Shown here one piece after another: positions 39,207 to 48,290 of a stretch of 64,000 bases of DNA (position 1 is its first letter; every line of letters begins with the position of its first letter). The position numbers and the translations under genes are program-made. The stretch is from an uncultured Acidimicrobiia bacterium (GTDB lineage: Bacteria > Actinomycetota > Acidimicrobiia > Acidimicrobiales > AC-14). The DNA lies in the NCBI GenBank assembly GCA_963836205.1, contig CAWIIV010000006.1, positions 32,001 through 96,000 of the forward strand. Direction: 5' to 3'. A model generated the notes under the pieces. The model did no database searches. It was not told the origin of the DNA and saw nothing but the letters and a program-made list of their open reading frames with translations.

Positions 39207-39920
39207 ATGAGGGGCGAACGGCGGCTGCGCATCCTCGGCCGGCTGGCTGAAGGCGGGGGCGGAGCTGTCACCGGGTCACGGCTGTGCGACGTCTGCCGGG
39301 AGGTGACCGGAGTGACCGGTGCCGGCGTCATGCTCATGTCCGGCGACCTTCCCCTCGGGTCGATGTGCACGACCGATCGGGTCAGCGCCCTCATCGAGGA
39401 CCTGCAGTACACGTTGGGAGAGGGACCCTGCGTCGACGGCCACCTCCTCGGCCGCCCGGTGCTCGAACCCGACCTCGCCGATCCCGCCGTCCGGCGCTGG
39501 CCGGCCTTCAGCGGACCGGCGGTGGAGGCGGGGGTGCGGGCCGTCTTCGGGTTTCCGATGGTCGTGGGCGGCGTCCGGCTGGGGGCCGTCGACCTCTACG
39601 TCGACCGACCCGGCGCCCTCACCTACGACCAGCACGCCGACGCCCTCGTCCTGGCCGACGTGGCCGCGGAGGCGGTGCTCTGCCTGCAAGGGGTCGGGGC
39701 GGACGACGCCCCCGGCCTGGAGGCCGAGCTCGAGCGCGGTTCCAACTTCCAGTACGTGGTGCACCAGGCCGCGGGGATGGTGTCGGTGCAGCTCGACGTC
39801 AGCGTGACCCAGGCCCTGGTCCGACTCCGGTCTCACGCCTTCAGCCACCAGCGGGTGCTGGCCGACGTGGCCGCCGACGTGGTCGTCCGCACCCTCCGCT
39901 TCTCCGAGGAGGACATATGA
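39207..39920 (+). CDS. GAF-ANTAR domain protein
   Basis: 'EDLQYTLGEGPCVD', 'RAVFGFP', 'VHQAAGMVSVQL..AL.RLR.HAF'. Confidence 0.9.
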   Translation: MRGERRLRILGRLAEGGGGAVTGSRLCDVCREVTGVTGAGVMLMSGDLPLGSMCTTDRVSALIEDLQYTLGEGPCVDGHLLGRPVLEPDLADPAVRRWPAFSGPAVEAGVRAVFGFPMVVGGVRLGAVDLYVDRPGALTYDQHADALVLADVAAEAVLCLQGVGADDAPGLEAELERGSNFQYVVHQAAGMVSVQLDVSVTQALVRLRSHAFSHQRVLADVAADVVVRTLRFSEEDI

Positions 39921-39987
39921 CGCCGGCCGTGGGTACCCTGACCCAGTCGTCCAAACCGCGGGCGAACGGTACGTAGGGGGCATCGAC

Positions 39988-40707
39988 ATCCCGAGAGAAG
40001 CGCTGCTGGCACGCACCTTGGTCGCACTCGCCGACAGCTTGGTCGCCGATTTCGACGTGGTCGAGCTGCTCACGCTGCTGACCGACCGCTGCGTCGACGT
40101 CCTCGACGTGGGCGCGGCCGGGATCATGCTCGTCTCGCCCGACGGCGAGCTGCGGGTGGTGGCTTCGTCGAGCGAGGCGGCCCGGGTTCTCGAGCTCTTC
40201 GAGGTGCAGGCCGACGAGGGACCGTGCGTCGACTGCTTCCGCACCGGCCAGCCCATCCTCAATCTCGCCCTCGACAGCGTCGACGGCCGCTGGCCCCACT
40301 TCGGCCCCAAGGCGATGGCGGCCGGCTTCCGGTCGGTGCACGCCCTGCCCATGCGGCTGCGGAACCAGACCATCGGCGCCCTCAACATGTACCGCGTCGA
40401 CGACAGCCTGATGCGCGACTCCGACGTCGTCGCCGCCCAGGCCCTGGCCGACGTGGCCACCATCGCCATCCTCCAGCACCGCGCCGTCGCCGACGCCCAG
40501 CTCCTCAACGAGCAGCTCAGCCAGGCCCTCAACACTCGCGTCGCGATCGAGCAGGCCAAAGGGGTCGTCGCCGAGCGGGCCGACGTCGACATGCGAGAGG
40601 CCTTCGCCCGCCTCCGCCGCCACGCCCGCAACCACAACCTGCGCCTCGCCGACGTGGCCCAGGCGGTGAGCTGCAAGTCCCTCCCGGTGGGCGCCCTCGA
40701 TCCCTGA
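39988..40707 (+). CDS. GAF-ANTAR domain protein (apparent ATC start)
   Basis: '(I)PREALLARTLVALADSLVADFDVVELL', 'EGPCVDC', 'ALNTRVAIEQAKG..AF.RLRRHAR'. Confidence 0.9.
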   Translation: MPREALLARTLVALADSLVADFDVVELLTLLTDRCVDVLDVGAAGIMLVSPDGELRVVASSSEAARVLELFEVQADEGPCVDCFRTGQPILNLALDSVDGRWPHFGPKAMAAGFRSVHALPMRLRNQTIGALNMYRVDDSLMRDSDVVAAQALADVATIAILQHRAVADAQLLNEQLSQALNTRVAIEQAKGVVAERADVDMREAFARLRRHARNHNLRLADVAQAVSCKSLPVGALDP

Positions 40708-40749
40708 TCCGTGGGTCCTGATCACTCAAGGCTGCCGGCCCCTCCGCCG

Positions 40750-41318
40750 ATGATGGAAGGACGAGCCTCGGACCCGCCTTCGACTCCGTCCTCGCCGCCG
40801 CCCGTACCGGTGCCGGTTGGGCGCGGACGCGGCTCTACCAGTCGCTGGCCCCGGCCGTGGCCGGGTACGTGCGGGCCCAGGGGGTCGCCGACCCGTCCGA
40901 CCTGACCAGCGACGTGTTCGTGGCCGTCCTGACCCGGCTGCCGTCGTTCGAGGGGAACGAGGACCAGTTCCGCAGCTGGGTGTTCACCATCGCCTACCGG
41001 CGGGTGGTCGACGAGTGGCGGACCCGGGCCCGGCGGGACACGGCGTTGCCCGACCCTCCGGCGGTAGGCGATGCGGCCTCGTCGTCGCCGGCGGAGGCCG
41101 TCGCCCTCGCCCGCCTCGGGGACGAGCGGGTGGCCGAGCTGCTGGCCACCCTCACCCCCGACCAGCGCCACGTCATCGCCCTGCGGGTGGTGGCCGATCT
41201 CAGCCTGGAGCAGGTGGCCGAGCTGCTGGACAAGCCGGTGGGCGCGGCGAAGGCGCTCCAGCACCGGGGACTGGCCACCCTCCGGCGCACGATGGCGGGC
41301 AAGGCCGTATCCCGATGA
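40750..41318 (+). CDS. ECF sigma factor (frameshift near 40775)
   Basis: 'FDSVLAAAR.G', 'FRSWVFTIAYRR..DE.R', 'LTPDQR.V..LR...DLS.EQVA..KALQHRGL'. Confidence 0.88.
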
Positions 41319-42096
41319 CGCACTCCTCCGATGGCTGGGGCGACATGCGTGACGAGCAGCTTCCGGACGAGCCCCTCGTGACCGACTTCCTGGCGGAGTT
41401 GCGGTCGTGGGGCACGGGTGAGGCGCCGACTCCCTCGGCGTCGCTGGCGACGCTGCTCGACGCCGAACACGTGGCCCCCGCGGCCCCCGTGCACCCCGTG
41501 CCGCAGCCCATCAGGAGGAAGAGGATGCTCGTCACCAAGCTCGCCGGACTCGGACTGGCGGCCAAGGTCGCCCTGGGCGCCGGCGTCGCCGCCGCCGCCG
41601 TCACCACCGCCGGGGCCGGCGGGGTGCTCCCGGGACCCGCCCAACACGGGGTGGCCGTCGCCATCATCGCCGTCTCCCCGCTCGACATCCCCGACCGGGC
41701 CAAGGACAAGGCCGTCGCCGACGAAGCCCGATGGACGCCGATGACGGGTGACGCCACCACCACGACGCTCGCCCTGCCGGGAGTCGGTGACCCCACGGAT
41801 GACGTCGATGACGACGAGGACGGCGACGCGACGAGGCCACCGACAACCACGGCGCCTGCGTCTCCGCCGTCGCCCGCGACAAGGGCCTGAGCGGCCGCGA
41901 GCACGGCCAGGCGGTGTCGGCCATCGCCCAGAGCGACTGCGGCAAGGAGGACGAGCCCACCACCACGACCACGATCCCGACGTCGACGACCACAACCATC
42001 GCCACCATCGCCGAGACCCCGAGCGAGACCTCCGGCCCGGGCAACTCCGGCGGGAACGGGAACGGGAACAAGGGCAAGGACGCCGGCAACTCGTAG
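41315..42096 (+). CDS. Putative anti-sigma membrane protein (frameshift near 41840)
   Basis: Coupled to the sigma stop; TM 'KVALGAGVAAAAV..GVLPGPAQ', then 'NHGACVSAVA..HGQAVSAIAQSDCGK'. Confidence 0.65.
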
Positions 42097-42130
42097 TCCC
42101 CGTCGGACAGTTCGCTGCGCCCGTGGGGAC
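42095..42130 (+). terminator. GC-rich stem-loop after the anti-sigma gene
   Basis: GTCCCC...GGGGAC hairpin immediately after the stop codon. Confidence 0.4.
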
Positions 42131-42608
42131 GTGATCGAGGCCAAGGACGGCCGAACTCACGTCCTACGGGTGATCCGAGCCGTCGAGCCGGTCAGCCGTG
42201 GGCGGGCGGGATGTTGGCGTTCCGGACGAAGGCGTGAGGTCGGCGGCATCTGGGTGTCGATGACCGCCGCCGCGGCTGTCGGCAGGCGACTGGACCGGTC
42301 CGGCGTCGTCACTGGTGACGGTCACGTTGAGGCACCGGGCCTGGGCCGACGACCGAAAACCGGCCCACTCGCGAGCGGCGGACGGGGCATCCGGCACGGA
42401 ACAGCAGGCCGTCGTCGGCGACGACTACCCGGCACGGGACCGCCCGCTGACCTGTCGCACCGTCGAAGTCGTGACGACCCGCGGCGCGGGCACTCTGGGA
42501 CCACGTCGGGAGCGGGCCCAGGGCGCCAAACGGGCGCCGGGGGTTAGGGCCGTGACAGGTGACTGTGCCGGTTTTATCGGGAGATGGCCGGGGACGCCCC
42601 GGAGTCCC

Positions 42609-43208
42609 TCACTCCGATGGTTTCGACGACCTCGACGCGGACCATCGTTGGAAGATCCACCGTTCGTCCGGCGTGGCGTCCGTCGGCAGATTCGTGGGCT
42701 TCGCCGCCTGCCAGTCGTCGGTTCCCTCGCGCTTCTCTTCCAGCGAGAACGGCCGGCGGGTGCCGACGTCGTACGTCATCCTGGACCGAAGGCGGCTGGC
42801 GATCTCGCGGAGATGGTCGAACGTCGTGTCGTCGACCCGCTCCACGCTCGTGTCTTCCCATCGGTCGGACGCGACCACCACTCGAACGGCCCGTTGCAAG
42901 GCGATGCAGGCATCGCGGGTCTCCACGGAGAGGTAAAGGCCGCCCTTGTCGAAGTACCAGTCCCGGAGCGCCACCGACAGCGCCTCCAGGTCGTCACGGG
43001 AGGGATTGTCGACACGAGCGAACGCAGCCAAGGGCTTCGTCACCTGCCAGAGATCGCAGTACGCCCCGAGTCGGAGGCCGCGAAGGCTGTCGTCGTACTT
43101 GGCCTCGAGATCCTTGCGGATCTTCCAATGGATGCCGAGATAGGTCCCGATGGCCGAGACCACCAACCCGATGAGCCCGGAGACGAGCGCGGTTCCGAAA
43201 TTGCCCAT
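42609..43208 (-). CDS. Hypothetical protein with an N-terminal TM helix
   Basis: 199 aa with natural composition; 'R..AY.DLW', 'WYFDKGGLYLS'. Confidence 0.75.
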   Translation of the reverse strand: MGNFGTALVSGLIGLVVSAIGTYLGIHWKIRKDLEAKYDDSLRGLRLGAYCDLWQVTKPLAAFARVDNPSRDDLEALSVALRDWYFDKGGLYLSVETRDACIALQRAVRVVVASDRWEDTSVERVDDTTFDHLREIASRLRSRMTYDVGTRRPFSLEEKREGTDDWQAAKPTNLPTDATPDERWIFQRWSASRSSKPSE

Positions 43209-43277
43209 TTGGTAATCGTCGCGCCGACCGGTTCACCGGGCTCGGATCGGGTCGGCCATATGCCGTACCATATGGTC

Positions 43278-43523
43278 ATGGGCCGCAAGGAAGTGCTCGT
43301 GCAACTCGACGACGACCTCGTCGATCGACTCGACCGGTTGGCCGCTGAGCAGCACACGAGCAGGTCAGAGCTGTTGCGGCGCGGCGCGGCCGCGGTCCTG
43401 GAGGCCGCCGCGCTGACGGCGGCGGACCGCCAGCTTCAGGAGGCGTACCGTCACGTCCCGCAGGACCCGGCGATCGTCGCCGCCGCTGCGCACCTGGCCG
43501 CCATCACCGCGCCGGAGTGGTAG
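43278..43523 (+). CDS. RHH antitoxin (MazE-like)
   Basis: 'EVLVQLDDDLVDRLD..SRSELLRRG..AY...PQ'; CCATATG repeats directly upstream. Confidence 0.85.
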   Translation: MGRKEVLVQLDDDLVDRLDRLAAEQHTSRSELLRRGAAAVLEAAALTAADRQLQEAYRHVPQDPAIVAAAAHLAAITAPEW

Positions 43524-43841
43524 CCCGCGGTGACATCGTGTGGGCCGACCTCGGCCCCCCCGCAGGTCGCCGCCCTGTCTGCGTGCTCACTCGGGACGCC
43601 GCGATCGCCGTGCTCACCGCCATCACGTGCGCCCCGATCACCCGAACCAGGCGCGGAATCCGATCGGAGGTCGAGAGTAGGCCAATCTTCGGGGTTGCCG
43701 GAATCGAGCGTGATCAGCTGCGACAACCTGATCACCATCCCGACTGTGCTACTCGACGACGACCCCGTCGGCCACCTCGATCTCCAAACTCGAGCCGACC
43801 TCGACCAAGCCCTCCGCTACGCCCTGGACATCCGATACTGA
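43517..43841 (+). CDS. mazF: MazF/PemK toxin (frameshift near 43680)
   Basis: 'RGDIVWA..GRRPV.VLTR', 'APIT', 'SVISCDNL.TIP', 'ALRYAL'. Confidence 0.85.
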
Positions 43842-44146
43842 CCGCGACCCGCCGATCTCGTATCCCGACGACGAACGACTGATGAGGCCCGAAGCGCCTT
43901 GAGGAGCAAGTTCGGTCCATAGAAGAGGTTCTCTCCCCCGGAAAGCCGATGGACGGAGATGGCCGGATCGAGGTCGAACATCGGGGTCGTTCGTCGGCAC
44001 CCGGATAATGAACGCCGCTCCGACGGACACAGTCCCTGGGTCGTCCAGCCGAGGGACGACTGCGGCGGGGTGTGAGGATCTGCGATTTGGGTCGGTCCGT
44101 CGTATATGGCGACGCACACCCGCCGGTGGGCGGTATGGTAAACGGT

Positions 44147-44404
44147 ATGGCCACCAAGAAGGTCACCGTGACGCTCGACGAGCTACACCTTGATCGAATC
44201 CGGGCGCTTGTCGAGGCGGGGTCGGCACCGAGCGTCTCGGGGTTCGTCCAGCACGCGGTCAATGTCGCCCTCGACGACGTCGCCGGCTGGGGAGCGCTGC
44301 TGGCCGAGGCCCTTCGGGAGACCGGCGGCGCCTTGTCCGACGATGAGCGCGCCTGGGCCGACGGGATCCTGGGTACGTCGCCGGCATCGAGTTCTGCGGC
44401 CTGA
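44147..44404 (+). CDS. vapB: RHH-type antitoxin
   Basis: 'MATKKVTVTL..IRALVEAG.APSVSGFVQHAV..ERAWAD'; CGGTATGG direct repeat upstream. Confidence 0.8.
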   Translation: MATKKVTVTLDELHLDRIRALVEAGSAPSVSGFVQHAVNVALDDVAGWGALLAEALRETGGALSDDERAWADGILGTSPASSSAA

Positions 44405-44781
44405 TGCCAGGCGTGACCCTTGACGCCGGAGCGCTGATCGCACTTGAACGCGGCGACCGCCGCGTCCTGGTCCTCCTCGCCCGGGCGCGGGAGACCGGAG
44501 CCACCATCACGGTGCCGGCGACTGCGCTCGCTCAGGTCGTCCGGGCGCCGGCACGCCAAGTGCGTCTTGCCCGCCTTGTCCGGCAGCCCGCGGCCGAGGT
44601 CGTCCCCCTCGGTAGAGTTGATGCCACGAGCGTCGGCCGTCTCCTCGCTGCGAGCGGGACCGCCGATATCACGGACGCGCATGTCGTTATCTGCGCTCGA
44701 AGAGCAGGCCACCACGTCGCCACTTCGGACCCCAACGACCTTCGGCTGCTCGACCCAAATCTCTGCGTCGTCCTCGTGTGA
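44404..44781 (+). CDS. vapC: PIN-domain toxin
   Basis: 'LDAGALIALERGD', 'DAHVV', 'TSDP.DL..LDP'. Confidence 0.85.
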   Translation: MPGVTLDAGALIALERGDRRVLVLLARARETGATITVPATALAQVVRAPARQVRLARLVRQPAAEVVPLGRVDATSVGRLLAASGTADITDAHVVICARRAGHHVATSDPNDLRLLDPNLCVVLV

Positions 44782-45252
44782 GACGGCCGCGCGGGCATTC
44801 GCGGCCGGGCTAGCCAGCCGCCCACCACCGGCGGCTGATGGGCACGGGCCGCTCATCGTCAAGGGGCCCCGGACAATCGGACATTCCGGTGATACCGCTC
44901 ACCCCTACGAGGCCCACGAGCTTTGCGCAAGCGAGAAGGATCGGCACATCATTCTCACCACTGTGCAAGATGCGGGACGAAGGGCATCCTGCGGCCGTGT
45001 CCCCACCTACTTGCACCTCGGGGGCGACGCCACTCGGGGACGACGATGGCAGTGCGTGGACCAACATCCCGCCAACACATCGGTTCGGAGAGGTCTCATT
45101 GAGCTAAGCGCGCGAGTCGAAGGGCGGCATCGGTTGGTTCGATCGCTTACGGCGGCAATTTCATCCGGGCTTCGCTGCGAAGATGTCCCTTTGCGCGGCG
45201 ACGTTAATGCGCGCACGCCCTAAGGGTGCTCGCAAAGTTGCGTTAAGCTCCT

Positions 45253-45660
45253 CTAGGTGCGCTGGCAGAAGTTCTTCGCGTAATAGGCCGACCAGACGTC
45301 ATAACAAGTGACGTTTAGGAGAATCCCGCCGCTCGCATAATAGTACTTCGAACGATTGGTGCTGCCCCACTTTTGAGGGGATCCACCGCAACCGACGTGT
45401 AGGCGCACCTGTGTGAGATCTCCGGAGTAGCTGATCGATGCACTGTAATTAGCTTCGTAAGGTGCGCCGCTAACAGCTTTCCAAGAGGCCCACTTGCTCC
45501 CGCCTTTGGTGCTCTCAATCCAGACGCCGACCACAGAATTCTGTGACACGCACATTACTTCGCCGCGAACACTGACGGTGCCTGCACGGGCTGGTGGTGC
45601 TACCACCATTACTAGCGCGGTGACCGTCAGCGTTATCACAGCGACTCGGACTTTCCCCAT
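45253..45660 (-). CDS. Small secreted Cys-containing protein, low GC
   Basis: Signal peptide ending ARA; 'C....VVGVW', 'LHVGCGG.PQ.W'; 4 Cys; AT-rich codons. Confidence 0.75.
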   Translation of the reverse strand: MGKVRVAVITLTVTALVMVVAPPARAGTVSVRGEVMCVSQNSVVGVWIESTKGGSKWASWKAVSGAPYEANYSASISYSGDLTQVRLHVGCGGSPQKWGSTNRSKYYYASGGILLNVTCYDVWSAYYAKNFCQRT

Positions 45661-46019
45661 GGCCCCTCCCACATCTTGGGTGCGCCGCCCCATGGCGGGC
45701 TACGGAGAGAGTACACAAACGCCAGCAGGACGCGCCTTGCACTGGAGGCCGAGTCCGCACCCTCCATCCGCTCGGTCTTATCGCGCGGCGCCACGGCGAG
45801 CGCCCCTTGCTCTCCTGGCCGGGATGGCGGATGCCCGTGCGGGCGGAGCACCGGCCGGGGAAACAGGTCGTATTGCCCCGAGCCGGGCTTGGGCAGGGGC
45901 GGTGGAGGTATCGGGTTCTTACCGAGGGAGACACACGGACGAGGAGCCGATTGCCGGCCGATAAGGACCGGTTCTACCGCACACCGGCACGCCCAAGTCT
46001 CGCATGGCCGAAAGTGCTG

Positions 46020-46946
46020 TCACCGATTGAGCCTTGGCCGGCGGGGCTTCTGTCCACTGATGAGGACCGGGCTAACCATCTCACCGTACGCCACCCCGAG
46101 TAGGGCAGCAGTCAATAACTCCGCTGCGTCATGTTTCGTCAACGGGCTCGGCGACAGGGCGCGATGCGCTTGGTAGTTGCGGAGCTTGTTCAGACGATTG
46201 AGAACCCCACGAATAGAATCGAGTAGCGGTGGAACCTTGCCTAACGCGGCAACGACCGGCAACAACACGTTTAGCTGGTGACTGTATGTGGCCACCTCGA
46301 GAAGCCGGTGTACACGATCGTGGCCAGCATAACGATCAAGACTTGCCCGCACAAGAGGCGTAACAACAGACTCGACCGCGACATTCGCAGGAATAATCGC
46401 GTCGATGTATCGTTCGTTGACGAAGGCGCTCATCGCGTTGACCAACTGCCTTTGAGGCGTGTGCTCACCACGCGGCATCCAAACAACAGCCATGGTCAGA
46501 TGGTCGCCCTGCCCTTCACTGGTGGCGAGCCCAGTCAGAGACAGTTGGCGCGGTGCTTCAGCCGGGAAGCGTTCCGGGAGAGCGATATGGGGAACGACAG
46601 TTAGGCTCTCGGCATCGGGAGCTGAGAACACCGCGAGTATATCGGCGTCAAGTGGGACACCGTACTCGCTCAAGTCGATCGTGATGGGCATTCCGGCGAG
46701 CGGTGATACTCGAAAGAAAGGGACACGCGCTCCAACTATTGCCATCGCAACTTCAGGCTGCGCCTGCAAAGCCAGATAGTCGCGGAGAGCGACGGGAAGA
46801 TCGATGTTCACTCCACAGCGCTCGCACGGTAGAGCCTGGTCCCAAAGGTAGACCTGTAGCTCTGCCGGCAGAAGGAGGTTCGGGTTGTGACAACCCGGGC
46901 ACGGAAGTTGCGGTGCCCACTGCGGATGGTACTGCCGCGGTGCCAA
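46020..46946 (-). CDS. Zn-ribbon plus C-terminal HEPN-like protein, low GC
   Basis: CPGC...CERC at the N-terminus; 'AII.ANVAVE' and 'LRNYQAH' (Rx4H) at the C-terminus. Confidence 0.7.
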   Translation of the reverse strand: MAPRQYHPQWAPQLPCPGCHNPNLLLPAELQVYLWDQALPCERCGVNIDLPVALRDYLALQAQPEVAMAIVGARVPFFRVSPLAGMPITIDLSEYGVPLDADILAVFSAPDAESLTVVPHIALPERFPAEAPRQLSLTGLATSEGQGDHLTMAVVWMPRGEHTPQRQLVNAMSAFVNERYIDAIIPANVAVESVVTPLVRASLDRYAGHDRVHRLLEVATYSHQLNVLLPVVAALGKVPPLLDSIRGVLNRLNKLRNYQAHRALSPSPLTKHDAAELLTAALLGVAYGEMVSPVLISGQKPRRPRLNR

Positions 46947-47096
46947 CTACAGCTCCGGATACGAGGAGGGCGACAGCGGAGGGAGAATGCTCAGGCTACA
47001 AGTCTGCCATCAACAACGCCGGCTCACGAATAGCGAAAGGATGAGCCGGTGGACGGTGAGACTGCCGGCCCTCAATATCTTACTCGGGCTGTGCGG

Positions 47097-47300
47097 CTAC
47101 GGGTTTCCCGGAGCTTGGCGCCGTCGCTTCACGTCGACTGCGATCAACAGCGCAACGACCGGCAACGCGATCAGGATCATCGCCAACGTGCCGACCGATT
47201 GTGTGAGGAACCAGACGAGCATCCCGCCTACGATTTCGCTCAGAACCAGCATGATGGTCACGCGGACGCGAATCGATCCGAGGCTTGTCACCGCGAACAT
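47097..47300 (-). CDS. Small two-TM membrane protein
   Basis: Two hydrophobic stretches followed by KRRR. Confidence 0.45.
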   Translation of the reverse strand: MFAVTSLGSIRVRVTIMLVLSEIVGGMLVWFLTQSVGTLAMILIALPVVALLIAVDVKRRRQAPGNP

Positions 47301-47521
47301 CGGTCAGCCAGCGTCAGCTCAGCTCGTGCCTCAGCTCGTTTCCGGGGACGGAATCCATACCCAGAGTGACAGACAGGACGGCGTACAGGGTCGTGATCGA
47401 TAAGAAGGGCCGGATACATCGCGAGGGTGCTGGCAGGTCGCCTGACGAGGAACGGCGTGAACGCGCTGTTATCGACGGCGCGCCAGTATGAGCCGCACCC
47501 GCCGCGGGCTCGCCAGATACT

Positions 47522-47887
47522 TCAGCGACGACTTCGAAATGCCTCGACGATGGCGTTTTCGACATCGAGGCCCGACGCCGCCCGCACGAGAAGATCGCCG
47601 AGGACACGATCGTCGGGGGGAACGACCTGCTCACCGTCGATCCCGTTGCGATCAAGCAGCCACTTCGCCAGCAGCAGGGCTGTGCGCTTGTTTCCCTCAG
47701 CAAAACCCTGCGCCCGAGCAATGCGGTACGCGAGAACGGCAGCGGCGTCGATCGGGTCATCGACCTCATCGACGGCAGCAAGCGCCCTTTGAACCCGGTC
47801 GAGATCGTCAGGCTCATCGAACCACTCGTCAACATCACGAACGGCGCGGTTGAAGGCGATGGCAATCGCGATGGTCGGGCGCCTCAA
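47522..47887 (-). CDS. Fic/Doc-family toxin with a variant motif
   Basis: 'AA.LAY.IARAQGFAEGNKRTA...L..NG'. Confidence 0.82.
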   Translation of the reverse strand: MRRPTIAIAIAFNRAVRDVDEWFDEPDDLDRVQRALAAVDEVDDPIDAAAVLAYRIARAQGFAEGNKRTALLLAKWLLDRNGIDGEQVVPPDDRVLGDLLVRAASGLDVENAIVEAFRSRR

Positions 47888-48006
47888 TGCTCGCGAAGAT
47901 AGGCAAGCAGCTCGCGATAGCGATCGAGCTGCTCGTCAAGCCAGACGCGGTCCTCGGCGTCGAGGGCGGTCTCCTCCTCCTCGATCACCTGCTTCGCGTC
48001 TGTCAT
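47884..48006 (-). CDS. 40-aa putative antitoxin for the Doc toxin (absent from the ORF track)
   Basis: MTDAKQVIEEEETALDAEDRVWLDEQLDRYRELLAYLREH; its TGA overlaps the toxin TTG. Confidence 0.7.
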   Translation of the reverse strand: MTDAKQVIEEEETALDAEDRVWLDEQLDRYRELLAYLREH

Positions 48007-48290
48007 GGTCCAAGCGTACCGCTGTGCCCCCACGGCCGTCATCGGCACCGGTCGTCGGGTTCAGGCATCCGGTACTGCTGGATATGCGGGCAATCCGTGA
48101 CGAGGGTTGGGGGCCGTCCGCGAGACGGCGCTCGACCCTCTGGAAGGAGCCCGGCGGTGCGGCGCCATTGATGTGCAGGTCCTGGCGCGAAGGCGGGGAT
48201 CACTCCTGCTGCCGCCGCGTCCAACCCTTGCGCCCAGCACGGGCCTCGGCCGCTGCGTAGTTGCTCGGCGACGCGACGACTCCGTCGAGT

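Noticed and set aside
42131-42600. ORFs in the spacer after the anti-sigma gene
   Set aside because: No recognisable motif or consistent codon bias; probably decayed or non-coding
43879-43935. CTGATGAG hammerhead-like core
   Set aside because: Stem II is not followed by GAAA and no stems I or III are evident
45050-45250. Possible attC site (GCTTAAC just after a stop codon on the minus strand)
   Set aside because: No matching GTTRRRY or L boxes, no repeated copies and no integron integrase
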